Shown one piece after another: positions 32,868 through 42,371 of a DNA stretch of 64,000 nucleotides; within the stretch, counting starts at the first letter, position 1, and each line of letters opens with the position of its first letter. Below the pieces are notes generated by a model, which was given only the letters and a program-made list of their open reading frames with translations, was not told the DNA's origin and searched no databases. Both the position numbers and the translations under genes were made by a program. This DNA is from Promethearchaeota archaeon. Its GTDB lineage: Archaea; Asgardarchaeota; Lokiarchaeia; Sigyniarchaeales; SOKP01. The stretch is taken from positions 96,001 to 160,000 of the forward strand of contig JAHPZE010000003.1 in the NCBI GenBank assembly GCA_019058365.1, written 5' to 3'.

Positions 32868-33806
32868 ATGGGCAAAATAGATATTATTGGACTAGGAGAG
32901 GTTGTTGTTGATTGGGTGGCTGAAATCCCCCATTTTCCTGAACCAGATGAAAAGATTGATGCTATTGCCGAGAATTATTTCTCTGGTGGTGTAACGGCAA
33001 ATTTTCTGGTAGCCGTGGCACGTCTTGGGATTTCTTGTGGATTTATTGGTGCCGTTGGAGACGATTCATATGGAGATTTTTTGATTAAAGAATTTAAAAG
33101 AGAAAGAGTAGATACTAAACTTACAGTCATAAAAAAAGGAAAGCAAACTCCAGTAAATTTTATTTTTGTTGTTAAAGGTGAAAAGACGATAATTCAATCT
33201 CCTCATATGTTAACTACGAAATTAGAACTTAAGGATTTGGAGGAATATTATTTATCGGAAGCTAAAGTTTTGCATACAACATTAATTCACCCAGAAATAT
33301 CAGAAAAAGTGATTAATTTAGCAAAGAAATTTGATGTAAAAATTAGTATTGATTTAGAATCTCAAATAGCTCAACGAGGTTGGAAAAAATTAAAAAAATT
33401 GTTACTAATGGCAGATATTTTAATTCCTAATAAAGAAGGGGCTAAGATGATAACAAAATGTAATACACCAGAAGACGCTGCTAAAACCTTAATTGAAAAA
33501 GGGATCCCCCTCGTAATTATAACATTAGGGAATAGGGGTGCATTGGTTTTAACTAAAGAATTTCAAAATGAAATTCCCACTTATAATATAAAAAATATTG
33601 TAGATACTACGGGTGCAGGTGACGCGTTTAACGGAGCATTTTCGGTTGCTTATTGGATTAAGGGATGGAGTTTAGAAAAATCAATCAAATACGCAAATGC
33701 TGCTGCATCCTTAAAAATCCAGAAGTTAGGTGCCAGAACAGGGATGCCTTATGATTTAGAGTTGAGAAAATTTTTGAAAGAAAATGAGAGAGATTTGTTT
33801 ACTTAA
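32868..33806 (+). CDS. PfkB-family carbohydrate kinase
   Basis: GG..AN, G.VGDD..G, DTTGAGDAF. Confidence 0.9.
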   Translation: MGKIDIIGLGEVVVDWVAEIPHFPEPDEKIDAIAENYFSGGVTANFLVAVARLGISCGFIGAVGDDSYGDFLIKEFKRERVDTKLTVIKKGKQTPVNFIFVVKGEKTIIQSPHMLTTKLELKDLEEYYLSEAKVLHTTLIHPEISEKVINLAKKFDVKISIDLESQIAQRGWKKLKKLLLMADILIPNKEGAKMITKCNTPEDAAKTLIEKGIPLVIITLGNRGALVLTKEFQNEIPTYNIKNIVDTTGAGDAFNGAFSVAYWIKGWSLEKSIKYANAAASLKIQKLGARTGMPYDLELRKFLKENERDLFT

Positions 33807-33825
33807 ATGTATGCTTAATAATAAG

Positions 33826-34266
33826 TTATTGAGATATTAAACAAATACTACTATAATTATTCGGATGCTGTATCATATCATTGTAGGTTTCTAATATTTT
33901 CTCTTCTGATAAATCTTTAAGATCTATATTGAAAGGCCAGATACCCATGATAATATCTCCTAAATTTTTCACATTTCCAATTAAATATCCTGCTTTCTTC
34001 TCATTTGATTTATTTGTATATAAAATAACAAGATAATAATTATATGTATGATTAAATGTAGGATTTCCAATTATGAGAACTTCTTCAATATTTTGAAAAC
34101 TAATTATATGTTGATGTATTTCACTTATTTTTTTTAATTCTAAGGTAAATTTAGCGGGAATTGATATAAGCTTTTTAAATTCTAGACTTTTAAAACTTAG
34201 AGTAAGGTTTTTATGTTCAAATTGCTCGTGTGCCGTAAAGATTACTTTATATATAATAGAATCCAT
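33826..34266 (-). CDS. Hypothetical protein
   Basis: 146-aa ORF just downstream of aIF1 on the same strand. Confidence 0.6.
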   Translation of the reverse strand: MDSIIYKVIFTAHEQFEHKNLTLSFKSLEFKKLISIPAKFTLELKKISEIHQHIISFQNIEEVLIIGNPTFNHTYNYYLVILYTNKSNEKKAGYLIGNVKNLGDIIMGIWPFNIDLKDLSEEKILETYNDMIQHPNNYSSICLISQ

Positions 34267-34366
34267 TGAAATTATGTTAATCCGATTTATTCAATAATTT
34301 TTTTAATACTTAAGTCTTCCAGCTTTTTATAGATTGTATAATGTGGTGATTTTTCATTTTCAACAA

Positions 34367-34684
34367 TTATTCTTGAATAACAATATTTTCTTCAGGAAAT
34401 CCAAGATCAATCAAGAATTTTTTCAATTTAAACCGATGATCTCCTTGGAGTTCGACTTCATTATCTCTTACAGTTCCACCAGAAGCGCATTTTTTTTTTG
34501 CTTTTGTTAGAATATTCTTAAGATTTACTTCGAAATTTCCAACGAACGTGATTACAGTAACAACCCTCCCCCATTTCCTCCTAGCGTTAGAAATTATTAT
34601 TTGTTGTTCATCGGCGCTTAAACTATCACATATACATAGTTCTTTTGGAAAACTACATATAGGACAAATCTCGTCGTCTTTAAT
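34367..34684 (-). CDS. sui1: Translation initiation factor aIF1 (SUI1), 105 aa, apparent ATT start; not in ORF track
   Basis: Translated by hand: (M)KDDEICPICSFPKELCICD...RRKWGRVVT...KKKCASGGTV...ELQGDHR...LGF; GTGAT SD-like motif 8 nt upstream of ATT. Confidence 0.93.
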   Translation of the reverse strand: MKDDEICPICSFPKELCICDSLSADEQQIIISNARRKWGRVVTVITFVGNFEVNLKNILTKAKKKCASGGTVRDNEVELQGDHRFKLKKFLIDLGFPEENIVIQE

Positions 34685-35057
34685 GCTGTCTTATCACAAC
34701 CTTTATTGTTAAAACTTTTTAAAATTTAGTTCTAAAAAATAATAGAACAAAATCTTATAAAAATCTTTTTTATTTTGGAAAGAAACTTTTATAAAAACAA
34801 TACTTATTTAATTTGTTAGTTTTTTCACTGCAAATTTTTAGGATTTCAAAATTTTAAATTAAGTGTTACAGAAATTTAATGAGATAAATGAAAGTAACTA
34901 TTAATTACTAATTTCTCTCTAAATTAATTCAGTTTTCAACCTAAATTTTCTAAAATTTAGAATTGACCTTCCTAAGCAAAAAATATTTAAAGAAAAATTT
35001 TTATTATTTATCAATAAGCTTATTCTTAAAGTTAGAATATTAATGTGATAAATTAAA

Positions 35058-35585
35058 ATGCAGAGCTCATGGATTTTTAAAGTAATTGTTGCGGGTGCAG
35101 GGGGCGTTGGAAAAACAGCGATGATTACAAGGTATTGTACAGGAAAATTCGAGGAGGGATATAAAATGACAATAGGAGCAGGATTTCATACGAAAGCCGA
35201 AATGCTCGACACTGGAGAAGCCGTTAAAATGCAGTTATGGGATTTTGCCGGTGAAAAACGGTTCCGTGAACTCTTACCTGATTATTGCAAAGGTGCAAGT
35301 GGAGCATTTATATGTTTTGATATAAGTGATTATGATACTTTCAGAGAAATACCTGAATGGTTAAGGATAATTCGTCAAAAAGCCGGGTTTGTTCCCATAA
35401 TTCTTTTGGGAATGAAATGGGATCTTCCAGGACATGAAGTAGATTATGAAATTGCGAATGATTATGCTATTAAAGCGAAATGTAATCAATGCGTATTCTG
35501 TTCCTCAAAAGATAATATAAATATTAATGAATCTTTTCAAGCTATGGCAAAATGGCTGATCTATTACGCAGCCCAAGCAGATTGA
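35058..35585 (+). CDS. Rab/Ras-like small GTPase
   Basis: GAGGVGKT, TIG, WDFAGE, MKWD (G4 variant), SSK. Confidence 0.9.
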   Translation: MQSSWIFKVIVAGAGGVGKTAMITRYCTGKFEEGYKMTIGAGFHTKAEMLDTGEAVKMQLWDFAGEKRFRELLPDYCKGASGAFICFDISDYDTFREIPEWLRIIRQKAGFVPIILLGMKWDLPGHEVDYEIANDYAIKAKCNQCVFCSSKDNININESFQAMAKWLIYYAAQAD

Positions 35586-35589
35586 TTCT
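35557..35589 (+). repeat. 33-bp direct repeat, copy 1 (3' end of GTPase gene)
   Basis: TGATCTATTACGCAGCCCAAGCAGATTGATTCT; 31/33 identical to 37445-37477. Confidence 0.85.
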
Positions 35590-35693
35590 CAAATCTTCAG
35601 ATACCGTAAAATTAACTAATCCAAGCGTATTCCTAATATCACTGCCTATACTAATTTTAATAAGATGAGTAAGGAATATTGTTTTTAATAGTG

Positions 35694-36227
35694 TTAGCCA
35701 ATATTATATCTATTTAGAATCATTCTTGTTATTGTATTATACATCTCCTCCACATTTTCTCCCGGTTTTAAAGAAATCTTTATCGATGAGGATATATTAT
35801 AATCTTCTTTAAATTTCACTATTTGCTCTTCGAATACGTCTCGATTCTCCTCTAAATCCAATTTAATTCCTACTAATAGATTTGGAGTTCCCTCTGTTTT
35901 ACGTTCTTTTATCAATTTACTCCATTCAGTTAATTTATTTAGAGTTTCAGTATTAGTAATATCATAAATTAATAATACTCCATTAGCACCCCCAATAGCT
36001 AATTCAAAAACTTTTTTAAATTGATCTTCCAAACTCCATCCCCATACCATTAGTCTTATAAATTTTCCTTCAATCTCTACATCTTTAGTATAAAAATTAA
36101 TACCTATTGTCGATTTAGTATCATCATCAATTAAAGATCTAGTAAATTTACTTGTTACTAATTTTTCTACTTTATTATCAGCAAACATAAAAACTTTAAA
36201 TATAAGATCAGGTTTCTCAAAATCCAT
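35694..36227 (-). CDS. Degenerate Rab-like GTPase (P-loop lost)
   Basis: FKV, STIG..F..K, GANG.LL.YDIT and KLDL retained; G1 reads ADNKVEK, G3 reads WGWSLE. Confidence 0.75.
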   Translation of the reverse strand: MDFEKPDLIFKVFMFADNKVEKLVTSKFTRSLIDDDTKSTIGINFYTKDVEIEGKFIRLMVWGWSLEDQFKKVFELAIGGANGVLLIYDITNTETLNKLTEWSKLIKERKTEGTPNLLVGIKLDLEENRDVFEEQIVKFKEDYNISSSIKISLKPGENVEEMYNTITRMILNRYNIG

Positions 36228-36516
36228 TTTCTTTTTTCCTCTAATAATATATTCTTATATGTTCAATTTCCAATATCGTTGTAAAAGAATCATTAGATAT
36301 TTGTTCTTATTTTGTTTTTAAAGAAGTATATTCTTTGATGATAATATAAATTTAGGTGTTTAATTGTATATATCAGAATTTCAATTGTTAATCGAATTTT
36401 AAAAGGAGAGATGGTTCTGAAGCGATATGAAATGAGTAAAAGAACCGAGCACCCTCTGAAAACGAGCGGTCGGAAGCAGCAGAAATGGTTTCGTAAAATT
36501 AAACTATATCCAAGGA

Positions 36517-36747
36517 CTACCCTCTAATACGTTCGCTACGATCCCAACGATATTCTGAAAACCTTAATATAGTATCGCAAGAGGGACAAGACCACATCTT
36601 TACACTATGACAATCACTCACTTGAATGACCTCTCATTTAAAATTATACCTTTAAAATTATAAATTTCTCTCAGTAGGTGTAAGGGTATTAATCTTGAAA
36701 AAATCTTGAAGATGACCCTCTTTATTACAATATGGACACTTTCCCAT
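36517..36747 (-). pseudogene. Decayed small double-CxxC zinc-ribbon gene
   Basis: One frame reads MGKCPYCNKE...*F*RYNFK*...KMWSCPSCDTILRFSEY... with three internal stops. Confidence 0.65.
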
Positions 36748-36919
36748 AACAAATACTAAGAACCTCTAATATATATAGTTTACAACGTTCAAGAAAAGTG
36801 AAGAAATTTATATGATAAGTAAAAAAGAACTTTAACTATAAAACCGTGTAAAGAATTAAATATTTTAATTATTAAATTACATTAGATTATCCTCAGATTT
36901 TATTATTATGGTGCCCTAC

Positions 36920-37231
36920 CTATACTTTTTTAGGAAATGTCCTCAATCTTAGAATAGTTTCATCCCCATTAGCCCAATTCTTCAGATTAGCCAATCTTTC
37001 ACCATGATCACCATGTTCAGGATGATCAAATGCTTGTTGAAGCTCCGTACAAGGTAAATCTGGGCAAAAACCACAATGAAGATATCCTTTATCATAACAG
37101 CACTTTGCTACACCGCATTCTCCATAGAACATCTTTCCTTTACATATTTGGCATCCCAAGCAGTTAGTTTTCTCTTTCCATTCGCATATCCCACAATATG
37201 CTCCACACATACCTATTTGTTCTTTATCCAT
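36920..37231 (-). CDS. DUF3795-like Cys-rich protein
   Basis: CG.YC..C, C.GC, C....CC, HCG.C...PC. Confidence 0.8.
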   Translation of the reverse strand: MDKEQIGMCGAYCGICEWKEKTNCLGCQICKGKMFYGECGVAKCCYDKGYLHCGFCPDLPCTELQQAFDHPEHGDHGERLANLKNWANGDETILRLRTFPKKV

Positions 37232-37444
37232 TAGTCAATAACACTTCTTTCAGTTCTTATTGGATAATATTTACTTATATAATTATAGTATAGAATTTTT
37301 CTTTTATTTTTTTACAATAATTTATAGTTTCTTTATCCAATCGTACCCCCCTTTCTAATCATTTGAATATAAGTGATATAAAATAAGCAATAGAACTGTA
37401 AAAAATTAAATTGACCGCAATTTCATAATGTGAAATGCTATAAA

Positions 37445-37477
37445 TGATCTATTACCCACCCCAAGCAGATTGATTCT
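37445..37477 (+). repeat. 33-bp direct repeat, copy 2
   Basis: TGATCTATTACCCACCCCAAGCAGATTGATTCT. Confidence 0.85.
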
Positions 37478-37587
37478 AAAACTGTTGGTCAATTTTTATG
37501 TTTTATTTAAATACCACTTATTTAATAGAGAAAAAGCTAAATAGTATAGTTAATAAAATAATATATCAATAAAAGTATTAAAAAAGC

Positions 37588-37788
37588 GCCTCCGTAGCTC
37601 AGCTAGAAAAACTACCGCTTTTCGGTGTGCTTGGCAAAGTAGAGCACCCGGCTTAGGTATTTGGCATTATTAAATACCTCCGGAAGTTAACCGGGCGGTC
37701 GCATGTTCGATCCATTCTAAGCAAGATTTCCTTGCTGCGGGAAATATTTGCGGGATATGTTCCGCAATTCCTACAGCCGGGGGCGCCA
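37588..37788 (+). tRNA. tRNA-Asn (GTT) with three inserts: D-loop (~37607-37638), 33/34 (37654-37685), 63/64 (37716-37775); CCA encoded
   Basis: Spliced form GCCTCCG TA GCTC AGCTAGGTA GAGC A CCCGG CTGTTAA CCGGG CGGTC GCATG TTCGATC CATGC CGGGGGC G CCA is a complete cloverleaf. Confidence 0.85.
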
Positions 37789-37815
37789 TTTATTTCTTTT
37801 ATGAATTTTTTTTCT

Positions 37816-38247
37816 TTAATGGATGCTTTTTTTTATTTGAAGTTTATTCCGCCAATAATTTATTGTAGTTTGAGATGTATTGGTTAATCGCGCTATCTTT
37901 TTGTCAGATAACCCCCATTCATAATAAACATATTCAAGCCAAGCTTTATGTTTGTAGAGTGGATTGCTTCGGGAGGATTCTTTTGTGGGATTTAGTAGGT
38001 CCCCTGTTGGGAGATTCCAATTTTGAGAAATTTCATTCCAATTAGATGATTTAATTTCTTCTCTAATTCGTTCTTTATCATGTGTAAGTTCATAGGATTT
38101 TGGCTTCCATCCAATCTCAATTTTTTCGGTTTTGATGAATGGATATTGCTTAACAATATTCGCGGAGAATTTAAAATTTTTAATATTTTTCTATGTTATT
38201 TTATAATACTGCTTTATTTGATCCCAATATTCTGACTCAGCAAGATA
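37816..38247 (-). pseudogene. Gene fragment ending in an HTH-like domain
   Basis: Frame reads ...NPLYKHKAWLEYVYYEWGLSDKKIARLTNTSQTTINYWRNKLQI; no start codon and one internal TAG. Confidence 0.6.
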
Positions 38248-38248
38248 G

Positions 38249-41200
38249 TTACAACTTATCTTTAGATATTAAATTTGGATATATTGGTTCAAATTTCGAT
38301 GTGAATACCTTTGGTTTTTTCCAACACTTTTTTTTTTCATTCCATTTAAGATTTTTCAAGGGATTATAGAATTTTAGTAAATCTTCATCTGCATAAATCG
38401 ATTTAATTAGTTCATTACCATCAACTAAATCATTTAATATCAGATAGTCTTTAACCTCTAAATATTCGAATAATAAGTCAAATAATCGTTCAAATTCACT
38501 AATTTCGCATTTAGGAAAATAAATTTTAATCATTAGCCCCGTTGGGAATCTTTTTTCTTGATCAAATCCATAAATGAAATATTCTCCCGTAATTTCAGAG
38601 ATATGTACTAAATTAAAAAAACTAAAAACTTTTACAAGTGATTTAATCATTTCTTTTTTCAAATTCGGTACAATAATGTAAACTTTATTATGAAGGTCTA
38701 AATTCTTTAAAGACAAATAGGGGAAAATTAAATTTTTTCTTAATAGACTAGTGATGTGGCTTATTGTCAACACTTTTTTTGTGATTAAATAGGATTTGAT
38801 ATCTATTGATTGTCTATTATAAATTTGAGAAAGAGATTCAAATTCAGGAGATTCAGGACCAAAATAAGAAGAAATTGATTTGTTGCCGACTTCATATTCC
38901 TTAATAAATAAATTTTCTATTTGATATTTTGGATTGAAAAGTATAGTTTGCATGTGCATTTTAAATCTGTCTTTGTCATAATTCCAACCTTCTAGGGTAA
39001 GGTTATTATCAAATTGAATAATATTATAAACTTTTTTTATAAAAAATCCACAGTATTCTCGTATTATATTTTTCGATCTTGCTAACCAGTGGATATAACT
39101 TAGTTGAGGTGAATCATAAGGCATAATATAATTTATGAAAAGAGAATTAGAATTATCTATCGAGGTGGGATAGTTAATTTTTTGAAAAGTATTAAGGAGG
39201 AGAAGTTTAAAATCGATCTCGTTCATATCTGTTGGATAAAGAAATAAATAATATTGTCCCAGTCCAAAATATTCAAAAGCAGGAATAAATCTTATAGATT
39301 TAATAAAATTTGTGAAAAAATATTCTTCCTTAGCATTTTTAAATTTCTCAATATTTATTAGATACTCTTTAAGGTTTAAATGAAAATCTAACAACCGGTT
39401 TAAATTTTTGTCATTGTAATCACAATTTTCACTCATACCACGGTCGTTAACTTTTTTCACTAAATCTAAGATGTTTTCTTCATTCGACCAAAAATTTTTT
39501 TGATTTCTATTAATCTCTTCTTCACGATATTCTAACCCACTCCTAAAAATACTTTTTACATATAGAAAATATTGTTCATAGAGATCTTTCGTATAAAAGA
39601 AGGTTTTACTATCAAAATCATATAAGTGTTTGCTAGATAATGCTTTAATCCTACCAGTCCATAAAAAAAACTTTCCATAGAGTAAATTTTCTTTAAAAAT
39701 GTTATAAAGAATTGAGAATAATTGTCTCTTTTCTTTTTTAGTCAAATAAGGAGTTGAAATCTCTACATATATTAGATTTTTATCAGAAATTATCTCTTTA
39801 CTATGATCTATAGTGATTCTAGGGAAAAATCTTTTCATTTTAATAAGAAAATTTTGAGTTTCTTGAGAATTGATTAAGATTAATTGGAGAAAGTCATTTA
39901 CATATTCTTCGATGTTAATTGTGTTAATTAAAAGCGGATTGATTATTGGGGGTTCATTCTCCAATAATTTATCTAATATACTAGTTACTTCTTGGCTGGT
40001 TATTTGATAAAGTTTGAATTTTTCATAGAATTTTTCTAATTTTTCCAATTTTATTTGGTAAATATTATCTACTACTGTTTTATCGATAAATGTCTTTTTA
40101 ATCGTACTTAGGTTGAATAATTTCAAATTATAAAAAATGTTAATTAAGTCATGGAAATTTATGTAATTCTCAACCATCATTTTAAAATCCTCTTGAGACT
40201 TAAAGTAAGCTGAAATAAGATCGCTAGAATCAAGATTTTTTAAGTGACTGCTGTTAAATATGATATTATCTTCAATTAAATGAGAATGATATTGATTATC
40301 CAAAATGTCATGAAATTCAATAAGTGTTTTAACTTGAGGGTAGCGGGTTATAATTTTTTTTATAAAATCCAAAACTTGTAAATACTCCTCTAACTTCTTT
40401 TTTATATAGAAAAATCCAAATTTTTTATTTTCATTTAGAAATTCGAGAAATTTTAACTGTAGATCTTTTGAATCATAAAATTTATTTAATTTATCTTTTA
40501 AATCTATAATTAGAGTACGTTGAGTAATAATCTCATCAACCAAATCTGATTTTAAAGTCGCTAATGTTTCAGTCCTTTTTTCAAATCCAAAACCAAAAAC
40601 AGAAATAAAGCGAATTCTATCAATTATTAAAAATTGAAGAAGAGAAAGTTCAGGATTAGAAAAATCAGAACTAAAGTCAATTTGAAATTCGATCTCAAAT
40701 TTCTTATCATAACTACGATGATTAGGGTTTATTATTTTGTATTTTTGTGAATATTCTCTTAAATAATTTAAATTGAGTAGATGATTTTCAAATGTACGAA
40801 GCAAACAATAGCTCTTAGTTATAAAATTAGAACTTTTCAATCTCTTGATAAATTTAATAAAATCATCTAAGTAAGGTCTTGGGAGGATCACATAACCACT
40901 AAGTTCAACCGAAAAACTATTAAGTGAAGTCTTAGTTGCAATAAAGAATGGAGACCCTTCAATAATACTAAATATCTTAGATTTTTTTAATATTGGATTA
41001 AATCGTAGAAATACTGCTATAACACATACATTTATTGCATTCCAATTCAATTGATAAGAAGGTGCGATAAAACTGTACTTTTTGATCCAATCCATGTTTT
41101 TGATAAATTTCCTCAAACTTAAATCAGATTCGAGCTCTTGATTCTCTTTAAATTTCTGAAAATATTTTTTATAGCTTGATAGATCCTTATAATTCTTCAC

Positions 41201-41899
41201 TCGATAAAATATTCTTATTAAACATCTAATTGTTTCAATGATCTCATCATTAGTTATCGATTTTGAAATATAGTTAGCAAATTCTTGAAGGAGGATCTCA
41301 TAGAAATCATCCATTTTATTGGTAATTAATGATTCATTTTTTAATAGATAATGAAAAAAGAATCGTTTAGGAGGGAGGAAAGTATCTTTTTCTTGTTGTA
41401 GAAAAAATTTTTCCAAACGATCAAATATAATTAATCGATTGAATCCCCCTGATAAGAGATCATATTGCTCAAGTTTTCCTCTAATCAACTTTCTCCATTC
41501 ATTCAGCGCAATAGAGTTTGAAAGATCAGTTAATATTATTTGGTTGAGAACAAGTTGAATTGATTCATATTCTTTTAAACTATCTGAAATAAAACAGTTA
41601 TATATTTCACGGAGAATAATAAAGGAGATGAACTTTAGATAATCTTTATGCATTTCTATAATTAAATTTTTATTTTGAGTATACCTTTTTACTCCAATAT
41701 TAAAAATATCTTCAGTTCTTAATTGTTTTGAAATTTTTTTTTTATTAATTATTATTTTCACATTTTTTTGAAATGGTTCCATTTCTAAGGATAATTTAGT
41801 CTCATTAAGAAGACGTTGGAATAGTGAATTCAGATCTTTCTCATTGATTTTCTCTAAAGATTTTTCTAATACTCTAAGATCTAGCTTAAATATTTTCAT
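38249..41899 (-). CDS. Large 1216-aa protein, putative multi-module Lrp/AsnC-like regulator
   Basis: Long intact ORF; four loosely repeated segments like the Lrp HTH-to-RAM junction (e.g. IRFIPAFEYFGLGQYYLF, NLIFPYLSLKNLDL). The CDS is certain; the function is inferred. Confidence 0.55.
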   Translation of the reverse strand: MKIFKLDLRVLEKSLEKINEKDLNSLFQRLLNETKLSLEMEPFQKNVKIIINKKKISKQLRTEDIFNIGVKRYTQNKNLIIEMHKDYLKFISFIILREIYNCFISDSLKEYESIQLVLNQIILTDLSNSIALNEWRKLIRGKLEQYDLLSGGFNRLIIFDRLEKFFLQQEKDTFLPPKRFFFHYLLKNESLITNKMDDFYEILLQEFANYISKSITNDEIIETIRCLIRIFYRVKNYKDLSSYKKYFQKFKENQELESDLSLRKFIKNMDWIKKYSFIAPSYQLNWNAINVCVIAVFLRFNPILKKSKIFSIIEGSPFFIATKTSLNSFSVELSGYVILPRPYLDDFIKFIKRLKSSNFITKSYCLLRTFENHLLNLNYLREYSQKYKIINPNHRSYDKKFEIEFQIDFSSDFSNPELSLLQFLIIDRIRFISVFGFGFEKRTETLATLKSDLVDEIITQRTLIIDLKDKLNKFYDSKDLQLKFLEFLNENKKFGFFYIKKKLEEYLQVLDFIKKIITRYPQVKTLIEFHDILDNQYHSHLIEDNIIFNSSHLKNLDSSDLISAYFKSQEDFKMMVENYINFHDLINIFYNLKLFNLSTIKKTFIDKTVVDNIYQIKLEKLEKFYEKFKLYQITSQEVTSILDKLLENEPPIINPLLINTINIEEYVNDFLQLILINSQETQNFLIKMKRFFPRITIDHSKEIISDKNLIYVEISTPYLTKKEKRQLFSILYNIFKENLLYGKFFLWTGRIKALSSKHLYDFDSKTFFYTKDLYEQYFLYVKSIFRSGLEYREEEINRNQKNFWSNEENILDLVKKVNDRGMSENCDYNDKNLNRLLDFHLNLKEYLINIEKFKNAKEEYFFTNFIKSIRFIPAFEYFGLGQYYLFLYPTDMNEIDFKLLLLNTFQKINYPTSIDNSNSLFINYIMPYDSPQLSYIHWLARSKNIIREYCGFFIKKVYNIIQFDNNLTLEGWNYDKDRFKMHMQTILFNPKYQIENLFIKEYEVGNKSISSYFGPESPEFESLSQIYNRQSIDIKSYLITKKVLTISHITSLLRKNLIFPYLSLKNLDLHNKVYIIVPNLKKEMIKSLVKVFSFFNLVHISEITGEYFIYGFDQEKRFPTGLMIKIYFPKCEISEFERLFDLLFEYLEVKDYLILNDLVDGNELIKSIYADEDLLKFYNPLKNLKWNEKKKCWKKPKVFTSKFEPIYPNLISKDKL

Positions 41900-41988
41900 T
41901 ATGCGTATATAAGATTAGTCAAATAAATTTTAAGAGATTAATATTTAATTTTTTTCATTTTAATATTTAATAATCTTTTTTCTGGGAA

Positions 41989-41996
41989 TTTATATA
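41989..41996 (+). promoter_or_regulatory. TATA-like box upstream of peptide gene 1
   Basis: GGAATTTATATA, conserved at the same offset in the paralogous unit (44058-44065). Confidence 0.5.
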
Positions 41997-42047
41997 TTTA
42001 AATTTTAAAAAATTCTTAAGAAAATTTAGTTTTCTTGGTGTATTCAT

Positions 42048-42158
42048 TTGAAAATTAGAAATAAAAATTCAATATTATTAGCTTTATTGACCAGTATTTC
42101 AGCTTTTTTTCATATGTCCATCGGGTATGCATGGTCTGGTGGATATGGGACGCCTTAA
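42048..42158 (+). CDS. 36-aa putative precursor peptide 1 (MKIRNKNSILLALLTSISAFFHMSIGYAWSGGYGTP); not in ORF track
   Basis: TTG start with GGTG SD 7 nt upstream; paralogous to 44116-44230; just upstream of the radical SAM gene. Confidence 0.75.
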   Translation: MKIRNKNSILLALLTSISAFFHMSIGYAWSGGYGTP

Positions 42159-42371
42159 ATATGTTTAAGCTAAAAAATGCTATAAAGCTAACATATATTT
42201 TTATTTTTTTATAGTAATTTAAGAGGAAATGCACCTTTACTTAGAGTAATTATTTCATGTTTAGTCTATTACAGATTATTTTTCAATTATTTCTTTTATA
42301 CTAGAAAAAGAATTCATTTGGTTTATAAATCTAAACTTTCATAATAATACATCCACAGATTTAGCATAAAT

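Noticed and set aside
36411-36527. 38-aa plus-strand ORF with GGAG upstream (MVLKRYEMSK...)
   Set aside because: No motif or paralogue; overlaps a structured element and the opposite-strand pseudogene
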